From a virus (taxonomy: Duplodnaviria; Caudoviricetes), in IMG/VR virus record IMGVR_UViG_3300014153_000004, positions 1-37,282 of that record: 37,282 bases of DNA; one strand, given 5' to 3'. Position 1 is the stretch's first letter; each line of letters begins with the position of its first letter. This document shows positions 8,433 to 15,421 of the stretch, piece by piece. The position numbers were made by a program, and so were the translations under genes. The notes under the pieces were generated by a model, which was not told the origin of the DNA, did no database searches, and saw only the letters and a list, made by a program, of their open reading frames with translations.

Positions 8433-9113
8433 TTACGCCGCTCGTGTTTCGTTCGCTAGTTTCAGGAACTCCGCTTCCGCCGCTTCGAGCAGTAACTTCT
8501 GACTGAGCGCGGTATCCTCTGGCGGAATCTCGTGCGCGTTGTGTGGATGGATGCAAAAATAGCTCTGCACTTTCTTTGTCTCTGGATGGAGACGTTCCAC
8601 GCGACATCCAGGCTTAACGCGATAGAGCCGACCGTTCACGTCCAGTTCAAAGACGCCTTCCTTCACGTATTGCTCGCGCTGTTTCTTCGAGAGCACGGAA
8701 CTGAGAGTCTTCTTGGCTTTCTCGCGCGCTTCCGCGGTCTTCTTCTGACGCTCTTGATAGGCGACTTGCGCTGCAGCTTCACGCTCTTCGCGGACAATAC
8801 GTTGTTCGTCTGTTTCCGCGTAGCCTTGACATGCAAGCATCTGGACGGTCTGGACCTGCGTTTGGCCGAAGCCATAATCGCCGTTCCATTGCACCCAAAC
8901 ATTCCCAGCGTTAGTGCCACCCGTGAGATAGTACTGATTCCATCCGCACCACACGGCATTCGCTGTGGTCCCAGCCGTAGTGCCTTGGATGTAGTTACTG
9001 TTCCAGTCTTGCCACACAGTGACAGCATTCGTCACGCAGTTCACGGTGTTTCTGGTCGTGTATCCTTGGTTCCAGGCGTCCCACATGACGCCTGTTGGGC
9101 TGAAGCCGACCAC
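8433..9113 (-). CDS. WxxWNxxY-repeat protein with C-terminal Cys-containing domain; partner of the GG-terminal protein
   Basis: Four repeats WDAWNQGY/WQDWNSNY/WCGWNQYY/WVQWNGDY, coiled coil, then FCIHP...IPPEDTALSQKLLLE...FLKLAN; starts 2 nt after upstream stop. Confidence 0.85.
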   Translation of the reverse strand: MVGFSPTGVMWDAWNQGYTTRNTVNCVTNAVTVWQDWNSNYIQGTTAGTTANAVWCGWNQYYLTGGTNAGNVWVQWNGDYGFGQTQVQTVQMLACQGYAETDEQRIVREEREAAAQVAYQERQKKTAEAREKAKKTLSSVLSKKQREQYVKEGVFELDVNGRLYRVKPGCRVERLHPETKKVQSYFCIHPHNAHEIPPEDTALSQKLLLEAAEAEFLKLANETRAA

Positions 9114-9115
9114 GG

Positions 9116-9373
9116 TCAGCCGCCGACCATCCGCGGAACCATAATGATGCGTTCCATGCTCGGATCGAACTTTGTGATTTGCTTCCCTTTGCGGCCATCG
9201 TCGCCCTCGGCTTGGAAAGCGAGATACTGCTTCTTGATAAGCGAATCGAACATCTCTTCGGCCGCATCTACCTCGACACGCTTTGTGCGATCCCAGATGA
9301 GTTTGGTGTCGCCGGATGGGTCAAGCATCTCCATCACGCCTTGCGTTGGTTCAAGAACCACGATTTCTTCCAT
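9116..9373 (-). CDS. Small protein with C-terminal Gly-Gly (ubiquitin-like candidate)
   Basis: 85 aa, SD GGGAGG, ends IIMVPRMVGG-stop. Confidence 0.8.
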   Translation of the reverse strand: MEEIVVLEPTQGVMEMLDPSGDTKLIWDRTKRVEVDAAEEMFDSLIKKQYLAFQAEGDDGRKGKQITKFDPSMERIIMVPRMVGG

Positions 9374-9412
9374 TACGTTCCTCCCGATATTTGAGATGAC
9401 TACTGGAAATCT

Positions 9413-9811
9413 TCAGCGGCCCCGTTTCTTCTTTTCCGGTTTCGCTAGTGGACCACCGCCAAGAGCTTTTCGTCTAAAGTCACATACGCCACATTGGCAA
9501 GAATCGGGGTGTCGCGCGGCGGCATAAGCGGCCTCGGCCGCAGGGCGAGCGGATGGCGCACTTCCACTTGGCTCATCAGATCGCGCAGATCCGCGAGCGC
9601 GCCGTCGAGCCAAAGGTAGGTCTCGAAGCCCAGCGGCGTCCTTCTGATCACGAACTTCATGGCCTGCCTCCTTCCTCGGCGCTGCGGTGTGTTTCGCACA
9701 CGCTTCACGTATCCATTCCGCGAATTTCATTCTTCGCGCTTTCGCGGCTTTCAGGAACTCCGCGTAAAGCGAGTCATCCAACTTCAACAAGTATGTTTTC
9801 ACGCGCCTCAA
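9413..9811 (-). CDS. Ribbon-helix-helix DNA-binding protein with C-terminal His/Cys motif
   Basis: KTYLLKLDDSLYAEFLKAAKARRMKFAEWIREAC; HPDSCQCGVC; directly downstream of promoter/operator. Confidence 0.7.
   Translation of the reverse strand: MRRVKTYLLKLDDSLYAEFLKAAKARRMKFAEWIREACAKHTAAPRKEAGHEVRDQKDAAGLRDLPLARRRARGSARSDEPSGSAPSARPAAEAAYAAARHPDSCQCGVCDFRRKALGGGPLAKPEKKKRGR
9445..9660 (-). CDS. Possible overprinted 71-aa gene inside the RHH gene
   Basis: AGGAGG 6 nt before ATG; MKFVIRRTPLGFETYLWLDG... in an alternate frame. Confidence 0.4.
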   Translation of the reverse strand: MKFVIRRTPLGFETYLWLDGALADLRDLMSQVEVRHPLALRPRPLMPPRDTPILANVAYVTLDEKLLAVVH

Positions 9812-9824
9812 CCTTCATCGAGAA

Positions 9825-9865
9825 GAGTATATATGGTAATCGGTTTGAGTCAAGAGTATATAAAG
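9825..9865 (-). promoter_or_regulatory. Sigma70-type promoter with two operators
   Basis: TTGACT-16-TATACT; sites GAGTATATATGG and GAGTATATAAAG. Confidence 0.75.
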
Positions 9866-9900
9866 AAGCACCAGCCCTGCCACGACCTGCAACCAACGGC

Positions 9901-10176
9901 TCATGGGCGCTCCGCTTTCCAAATAGCTTCTTCCGCTTTGGCAATCACAGCAGGTCTATTGCCGCCCCAGTTGTGCTCAACCATCCATTCTGCTTTTAGA
10001 AGTGCCTTTAGGGCTTCTAATAGCTCTGGTGCCGCAGCGCATAAAAGCGCGTTTGCTCGATTTCTGAAAATCTGAATAGGGATTGGCGGATAACCATCTA
10101 CGACAATACGGCGACCACCCTTATACTCATCCAATCGCCAAGGTCCAGGCGTGTACATGCTAATTTGCTCGCTCAC
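9901..10176 (-). CDS. Phage hypothetical protein (TPGPW...ANA.L.AAAPELLEAL type)
   Basis: YTPGPW and ANALLCAAAPELLEALK motifs typical of small phage early proteins; SD GGGAGG. Confidence 0.75.
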   Translation of the reverse strand: MSEQISMYTPGPWRLDEYKGGRRIVVDGYPPIPIQIFRNRANALLCAAAPELLEALKALLKAEWMVEHNWGGNRPAVIAKAEEAIWKAERP

Positions 10177-10358
10177 TGCCTGCCTCCCTGCCCCGCTGGG
10201 GGTTGCTGCGCGGGGTTATGGCACTCACAATCGCACTCCTCATCACACTGTTCTCTCTCGCACCTCTCACAAGGTTTCACATACCGGGAACACGATGGGT
10301 CATGCCCTCCACGTAAATCATGTTCACATTCGCTGCATTCGAGACTCACTTCCCCCAT
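10173..10358 (-). CDS. Cys-rich small protein
   Basis: CSEC...H..SC...CERC...C..EC.CECH; purine-rich SD; start 10358 or 10349. Confidence 0.6.
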   Translation of the reverse strand: MGEVSLECSECEHDLRGGHDPSCSRYVKPCERCEREQCDEECDCECHNPAQQPPAGQGGRQ

Positions 10359-10396
10359 CCTCTCTCCCGCTCCTCGGCGGGGCGCGTCACGGGCGG

Positions 10397-10603
10397 TCAA
10401 CTCCGAACAGACAACTGTTGCCCTGTTCGCATGACACCGCCACATCGCATACAAGTGCCACACGTATTTAAGTCTGGTTGTAAGCAACAGCATAGATAAG
10501 CATTCGTTTGACTTGTGACCGAATTTGGCAAAATGGGCTGATTATCCCCAAATTGGAACCACTTACCAATCTTCGACCAAATGCCCTCGTAAAAGTATTG
10601 CAT
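10397..10603 (-). CDS. Small Cys-containing hypothetical protein
   Basis: SD AGGAGG; CC...CGTCMRCGG. Confidence 0.6.
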   Translation of the reverse strand: MQYFYEGIWSKIGKWFQFGDNQPILPNSVTSQTNAYLCCCLQPDLNTCGTCMRCGGVMRTGQQLSVRS

Positions 10604-10627
10604 CTTTCTTCCTCCTTCTCCTGCGCG

Positions 10628-10879
10628 TCACCGCTCCAGCCACCAGGGCATGAACTTCAGCTTCCACCAGGCTAAAACTTCGTTGTTGCTCGCGCTCAAC
10701 TCAGGTGGCTCGGGTGGCAGATTTGCCATCATGCTCAGTGCGGACTCTTTTGGTTCCTTGTAGTCTTCCCGCAAATCCTGCGCCAATTCCGCAGAAAGCA
10801 TGGAAAGCGCAAGATCAAAACCATCTTTGTGGCCGTTGATGTAGACTCTACTATGCGTTCGTTCGTACTGACTGCTCAT
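10628..10879 (-). CDS. Hypothetical protein
   Basis: SD GGGAGG; stop lies in a junction motif. Confidence 0.65.
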   Translation of the reverse strand: MSSQYERTHSRVYINGHKDGFDLALSMLSAELAQDLREDYKEPKESALSMMANLPPEPPELSASNNEVLAWWKLKFMPWWLER

Positions 10880-11090
10880 CGCTCCTCCCTTCCCTTGGGC
10901 GTCAAAACGTGCCGGTTAACGTGTATGGCTGCTGATACCCGGCTCTTTCAGCCCTCACTCGTCTGAGCTTGGGCAGATAACCCAATAAAACACATCATCG
11001 CTAGGAAGTTTGCCAGGAAAGTATTGTATTTGGCAGCCTTCTCCAGAGACAACGATATTCGGTTTATGTACCGGCTCAGATTGTTTCGTG

Positions 11091-11339
11091 TCAAGTGGCC
11101 TCACCTCCTCTTTGTTGCGCGTCAAAACTTTGCGCTGCGGGGCCGCTTAACGAAGTTAGGGTCCCAAAGTGCCCTAACCTCTCAACGGCCCCCGCGCATC
11201 CGGTTGCTGGCCCGCTACCGCGTCCGTAGCTGCCCCCTGTGCTGCATGCCTCTCGGCACCCTCGATAGTGTGTTGCTACGTCGAGGTCTGCTACCAGGTT
11301 GGAGCGCAATGCAATAGGCCAGCAACCAAACTTTTTCAT
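11091..11339 (-). CDS. Hypothetical protein (uncertain)
   Basis: ATGA overlap with upstream gene; weak coding character. Confidence 0.35.
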   Translation of the reverse strand: MKKFGCWPIALRSNLVADLDVATHYRGCREACSTGGSYGRGSGPATGCAGAVERLGHFGTLTSLSGPAAQSFDAQQRGGEAT

Positions 11340-11521
11340 CTCTTGTCGTCCTTCTCGAAGTTGCGATCCAAACGCTCCAAAGCCACTAAAAGCAGAAACA
11401 CAATCAACTGTGAGGAAAGACTGTGTATTCCTTCACTCCACTGATCCAATAGCTTATTCATTTCTATTTCAATGTCACTGTTGCTCCAAGGCTTGAGCTT
11501 CATAGTTTCATCTCTTTCCAC
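11336..11521 (-). CDS. Hypothetical protein
   Basis: Short ORF colinear in the mini-gene array. Confidence 0.5.
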   Translation of the reverse strand: MERDETMKLKPWSNSDIEIEMNKLLDQWSEGIHSLSSQLIVFLLLVALERLDRNFEKDDKR

Positions 11522-11720
11522 CCGGCTCCGGCTTCTCCGGCTTACCGTGGCTCACGGTGATGGGGTCCAGATCGGAACGAGCTTCGAGCTGGCCCTTCCA
11601 GTCGGGATGCTTTAGCTCCAGTCCCTTTATGTGAGTTCCCGCAAAGTAGGGCGTCTTCCAGACCGTATTCGGACACGGGCTAATCTGCATGCCCTTGAAG
11701 TAGATTCGATAGTTGCTCAT
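11508..11720 (-). CDS. Hypothetical protein
   Basis: SD AGGAGG before ATG AGC at 11720 (MSNYRIYF). Confidence 0.6.
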   Translation of the reverse strand: MSNYRIYFKGMQISPCPNTVWKTPYFAGTHIKGLELKHPDWKGQLEARSDLDPITVSHGKPEKPEPGGKR

Positions 11721-11878
11721 CGTGTCTCCTCCTTCGCTCGCGCAGTTCTTCAAGCAAGGGCTTCAACCACTCCCATTGACGCGCTCGTTGCAAGTCCTAC
11801 CGGCTCGGCGCGTCCCCCGGCTAACAACCATTGGGCACCCATCGCTCTCTCTTTACCATTCCACCGCTTTGCAGCGTT

Positions 11879-12067
11879 TCATAGTATTGCTCTGTGTGCA
11901 TTCCGCCCATCACCTCCCTTCCCCTGCTGCTCACACTCGTCTTCCCGCCCGCACCCTTTACACTTCCACCGCTGGCTGGTGCCGAACTTCGATTGCAGCC
12001 ATTGAATGCCGCCGCAGCCGGGGCACAAGCGCTTGATGAACCAGTTGGTGCGCCAGCGGGCGGTCAT
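11879..12067 (-). CDS. Zinc-ribbon small protein
   Basis: CPGCGG...WKCKGCG; ATGA overlap. Confidence 0.55.
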   Translation of the reverse strand: MTARWRTNWFIKRLCPGCGGIQWLQSKFGTSQRWKCKGCGREDECEQQGKGGDGRNAHRAIL

Positions 12068-12462
12068 TTGCTGCCTCGCTCGCGCTCCAGAGCGGCGCAG
12101 ATGGCGTCTTGGATAAATGAACGAATAGCTTCACGGCCTTTGACGCCGGTGCGCCGAACATGACAGACGGTTACATAAAATTGGTAGAACCAATCCGGCG
12201 GCGTGGTATCCGGTCCCCACTTTTGCAGACCAACTGCGAACTCCTTAAACGGTGCGCTCATTTGTCTCCCTTCGCGTGGGCGAGAGAGCGAATCATCGCG
12301 CCATATCTCGTGAACCTGCCGCACCGTCAGCGCCGGGGGCTGCGCGGCGAGAAGTTCCAGCACTTTCAACTTACAAGCATTGAATCCTGCTTTATAGCTG
12401 GCATTGCGCGTACTGTCGCCGTCCCATAATTTCTCGACCGCTTCCCTCAACTTGTCGCTCAT
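12064..12462 (-). CDS. Hypothetical protein, apparently two fused cassettes
   Basis: SD GGGAGG; internal SD+ATG AGC near 12261 (MSAPFKEF). Confidence 0.65.
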   Translation of the reverse strand: MSDKLREAVEKLWDGDSTRNASYKAGFNACKLKVLELLAAQPPALTVRQVHEIWRDDSLSRPREGRQMSAPFKEFAVGLQKWGPDTTPPDWFYQFYVTVCHVRRTGVKGREAIRSFIQDAICAALERERGSK

Positions 12463-12492
12463 CGCTCTCCTCCCTCTGCCCCGTGGGGCGCG

Positions 12493-12705
12493 TCAGGCTC
12501 TCAACTCCATGACATACTTTTTGATTTCCGGACGCGCAAGAAAATTCCTTAACTTACGTGCATTTTCTTCTGATACCCGCTTCTTTGGTTCATCGTCAAA
12601 ATAAAGGAACTCAGCACGGAATATTTCCCAGGACATCTCACAGTCCATAAATTCCAAACAAGCCAGCAGAGCATCTTGCAATGATTTCATTTTTTTGTCG
12701 CTCAT
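12493..12705 (-). CDS. Hypothetical protein
   Basis: SD GGAGG before ATG AGC GAC. Confidence 0.65.
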   Translation of the reverse strand: MSDKKMKSLQDALLACLEFMDCEMSWEIFRAEFLYFDDEPKKRVSEENARKLRNFLARPEIKKYVMELRA

Positions 12706-12749
12706 CGCGTTCTCCTCCATCCTCCAGGTCCCGCTCTGCCCGCTGGGGG

Positions 12750-12950
12750 CTACGCTCGTCTGCTCTTTTTCTTGATGCGCATGATTTTCGTCTTCGCCGA
12801 TGGATGTACGTTGCGGCAATGTTCAATGGCATGCCTTTTGTAGTAGAACGTCGAGCAATGTCTCCACTTCGGCTTGTCCAACCACTCACGCCGGTAAAAA
12901 ACTTTCCAGCGCAACCTCGGGCCTTTTGCTGGTTTTATTGGGTCGCCCAT
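12750..12950 (-). CDS. Small basic hypothetical protein
   Basis: SD GAGG; first gene after the promoter at 12978-13006. Confidence 0.65.
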   Translation of the reverse strand: MGDPIKPAKGPRLRWKVFYRREWLDKPKWRHCSTFYYKRHAIEHCRNVHPSAKTKIMRIKKKSRRA

Positions 12951-12976
12951 CGTCTACCTCACTGGCTCCACGTGAA

Positions 12977-13021
12977 AAGTATATACTCGCGCTTTTGGCC
13001 ATTCAAGGGGAATATATACTC
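12977..13021 (-). promoter_or_regulatory. Sigma70-type promoter with two operators
   Basis: TTGAAT-17-TATACT; sites AAGTATATACTC and GAATATATACTC. Confidence 0.75.
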
Positions 13022-13558
13022 CTATTGCTGCGCTCTCGGATCTGCCGGCACGGGAAGGCGCGCGGCTTTCTGGGGAGTTACGTTGATCGCTTCGCGTGGT
13101 GGCCGCGGGATGTCCACCAAAATAACCTTGACGCCAACTTGCGCCGCGAGTTTCGGATCGACTGGAGGGAAAGCGTTCTGCAACTCAAACGCCATGCGCG
13201 TGCCGTAGCGCCGCGTGGTGAAGTCGGGAACTTTCACGCGCATCACATTACGCTTTCCGCGCTTTCCTTCACTCACAAATACTTTGGTCTCTTCCGCGAT
13301 GAGTAGAGGTTTTAGATGGTTTTCGATCAGCCCGGGAACTGTGAGCCCCAAGCGATCCATGATGTCGGGGGTTTTCTCGCGGATGGATTTCAACGCTTGA
13401 TTCGCGCTCTTTGTCGGCCACTTTCCCGAGAAGCCCGCGGCACGCGCCGCGTCTGCTTTGGTTTCCGCGCCGTTCGCGAACGCTTGAACCAAGCGGGATT
13501 GCTTCACCGTGAGTTCCGCGTGCCTGCCGCGCTTCTTACCCGATGTTTTCTTGGCCAT
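13022..13558 (-). CDS. terS: Terminase small subunit
   Basis: LTVKQSRLVQAF...KADAARAAGFS HTH pattern typical of TerS; C-terminal VKVILVD strand. Confidence 0.65.
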   Translation of the reverse strand: MAKKTSGKKRGRHAELTVKQSRLVQAFANGAETKADAARAAGFSGKWPTKSANQALKSIREKTPDIMDRLGLTVPGLIENHLKPLLIAEETKVFVSEGKRGKRNVMRVKVPDFTTRRYGTRMAFELQNAFPPVDPKLAAQVGVKVILVDIPRPPREAINVTPQKAARLPVPADPRAQQ

Positions 13559-13589
13559 GAGTCCCTACGCGAAGAAGTCTAGCACGCGT

Positions 13590-13772
13590 TCAGTTGAAAA
13601 ACCGCGAAAGAGCGAACCGTCTCTCTGTCGTGGACCACAACTTTTCCACTCTGGTGCGCGTGGCGTCATAGAGTTCGCGGCACGGGACGCACAGGAAAGT
13701 CCCAAGTCGGCCGCATCCTATACAAGAGTCAACGAATCTCGCGCGCTTGGTGGAGATGATCCTTATCGGCAT
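13590..13772 (-). CDS. Small CxxC protein
   Basis: CIGCG...CVPC; SD AAGGA. Confidence 0.55.
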   Translation of the reverse strand: MPIRIISTKRARFVDSCIGCGRLGTFLCVPCRELYDATRTRVEKLWSTTERRFALSRFFN

Positions 13773-13782
13773 ACACGCGTCC

Positions 13783-14187
13783 TTATTTTATACGCTTTGC
13801 CCAAGCGTTGCAGGCTTCGCGTATCCAGTGGGAAAGTGACTGCTGTTCACGTTTTGAACCTCGTTTGAAAATCCGTAGTTCATTGGCGTAAAGGCGAATA
13901 TGAAGATGTGCATTTCTCGGAAGACCCTGATGAGGAACATTTCTGCTAATGATTGCTTTGCCGCGCCGCACGTTGCATTTTTGGCAGACTGGTACTACCT
14001 CAAGAGGTTTGGCGTAATCGCGGTGATCATAATGATTGGCTCTTTCAGGGCAATCCGCACAACGAATCTTTTGAGTTTTCAGGTTTGGTAGTTCTCCGGC
14101 CAACACAGCACGATGAGTGATTTGTTGGGCTCGTCTTGCAGCGCGAACATACGGCAACCGCTTATCAGATTGCTGTGGATACTTCAT
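13783..14187 (-). CDS. HNH domain fused to a C-terminal ribbon-helix-helix domain
   Basis: CADC...DHRDYAKPLEVVPVCQKCN then HLHIRLYANELRIFKRGSKREQQSLSHWIREAC. Confidence 0.75.
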   Translation of the reverse strand: MKYPQQSDKRLPYVRAARRAQQITHRAVLAGELPNLKTQKIRCADCPERANHYDHRDYAKPLEVVPVCQKCNVRRGKAIISRNVPHQGLPRNAHLHIRLYANELRIFKRGSKREQQSLSHWIREACNAWAKRIK

Positions 14188-14357
14188 TGGTGCGCCACAG
14201 CAGTAAAGAGATGCGCTTCAAGTATCATCTCAACCGTGGAAGAAACGCTTCTATATTCACGTTTCGCTTTTGCGCGCACGGCTTTGTCTGTCTCCTCAGA
14301 GAGACGAATAAAGAGAACCTTGGTCTTTTTCTTTGGGGGTCTGCCTACGGTCGCCAT
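14184..14357 (-). CDS. Arc-like RHH repressor, 57 aa (not in ORF track)
   Basis: MATVGRPPKKKTKVLFIRLSEETDKAVRAKAKREYRSVSSTVEMILEAHLFTAVAHQ; stop overlaps next ATG. Confidence 0.8.
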   Translation of the reverse strand: MATVGRPPKKKTKVLFIRLSEETDKAVRAKAKREYRSVSSTVEMILEAHLFTAVAHQ

Positions 14358-14362
14358 ATCCT

Positions 14363-14440
14363 CTATATATACCCGTTGCTTCTTTCGTGCAAGCGTTAAA
14401 TAATTTCACTTGCACAAAGGGATATCGTGAGTATATACTC
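14363..14440. promoter_or_regulatory. Divergent promoters with operators (genetic-switch region)
   Basis: + strand TTGCAC-18-TATACT, - strand TTGCAC-17-TATATA; perfect palindrome GAGTATATACTC at 14429-14440. Confidence 0.8.
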
Positions 14441-14467
14441 GCCCTGTAAGTCAAGGAGCCAACCCCA

Positions 14468-14881
14468 ATGACCTCTCGAATCGATCACGCGTATTTGCGC
14501 TCCGCTGTCGCGGAAGGCGGCGGCGAGTGGGTGGGCATTCAGGAAGGAACACGCGAGCACCTAGTGCTCTTCAACGATCCCGTGGGACGCAGTACGCTTT
14601 CCTTGCGCGTGAGTGATGTCACTCCCGAAGCAGTAGGCGCGAGAATCCAGCAACAACGTGATTTGGAGATTCGCTATCTCAGCCAACTGAAGCGGCGCGT
14701 CACATCTGATGATTTGGTGGCTCAAGCGAAAGCACGCGAACAAGGTCACGCGTTCTGGGTACGCCAGTATACTTTCGAGCGGCGCGCGAAGAACATCTTC
14801 TTCGGCGTGATGGCACTCCTCCTCTTGCTTGCGGTGGCGATCCCCTGGATTCTGATTCTGTACGAAAAGGTTGGACACTGA
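14468..14881 (+). CDS. Hypothetical protein with C-terminal TM helix
   Basis: SD AAGGAG; IFFGVMALLLLLAVAIPWILIL. Confidence 0.75.
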   Translation: MTSRIDHAYLRSAVAEGGGEWVGIQEGTREHLVLFNDPVGRSTLSLRVSDVTPEAVGARIQQQRDLEIRYLSQLKRRVTSDDLVAQAKAREQGHAFWVRQYTFERRAKNIFFGVMALLLLLAVAIPWILILYEKVGH

Positions 14882-14883
14882 AT

Positions 14884-15288
14884 ATGCCAACATGGGTGAA
14901 TGACGAGCAAGGCATGATGCTTTCTTTTTTTCTCGCAGTACCAGTTGTTCCTCCGAGCGCGAATCGGACTGTCAGACATACGCGGCGAGGTCAGCATTAC
15001 GTTCCCAGCAATGTCAAAGCATTTGACCAAGCTGTACGTTTATTTGCGCGAGGTCATACCTTCACTACGCTAAAAGTTCCGCTCAAAGTGACGGCGAAGG
15101 TCTATCTTGCTAAGGGACAACGCGGGGATGCAGACAATTTCCAAAAGCCTCTTCTTGATGCACTCGTGAAGTGCGGCGTCATCGATACTGACGCCAGAGT
15201 GAGACAATGCACCATTCGGAAGGAACGCGACCCACGAGAACCGCGGACTGAAATCACAGTGGAGATATATAAGGAGCAGATGCTTTGA
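14884..15288 (+). CDS. rusA: RusA-like Holliday junction resolvase
   Basis: PPSAN; RGDADNFQKPLLDALVKCGVIDTDARV catalytic Asp pattern. Confidence 0.85.
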   Translation: MPTWVNDEQGMMLSFFLAVPVVPPSANRTVRHTRRGQHYVPSNVKAFDQAVRLFARGHTFTTLKVPLKVTAKVYLAKGQRGDADNFQKPLLDALVKCGVIDTDARVRQCTIRKERDPREPRTEITVEIYKEQML

Positions 15289-15410
15289 TTCGCGAATACT
15301 TCAAGCGCAGCACCTATGCTTTTCGCGTGCTCGTGATGGTCACTATCGTGGGCGCGCTTCTCGGGCTGCTCGCGGCTGAGGCCATGTTTTTCTATTTCAA
15401 ATACTACTAA
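15285..15410 (+). CDS. 41-aa membrane peptide (not in ORF track)
   Basis: SD AAGGAG, TTGA overlap; MIREYFKRSTYAFRVLVMVTIVGALLGLLAAEAMFFYFKYY. Confidence 0.55.
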   Translation: MIREYFKRSTYAFRVLVMVTIVGALLGLLAAEAMFFYFKYY

Positions 15411-15421
15411 GGAGGAACATC

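Noticed and set aside
8532-9527. 331-aa + strand ORF, and other long antisense ORFs (1267..2004, 29838..30617, 30756..31592)
   Set aside because: Shadow frames of well-supported - strand genes; no SD or motifs
10902-11104. Sub-50-aa ORFs between junction motifs
   Set aside because: Two alternative frames are equally plausible, so no specific call can be supported
10167-12752. CRISPR array or integron attC interpretation of the junction repeats
   Set aside because: Repeats are short, degenerate and irregularly spaced; no cas genes, integrase or GTTRRRY-bounded hairpins seen
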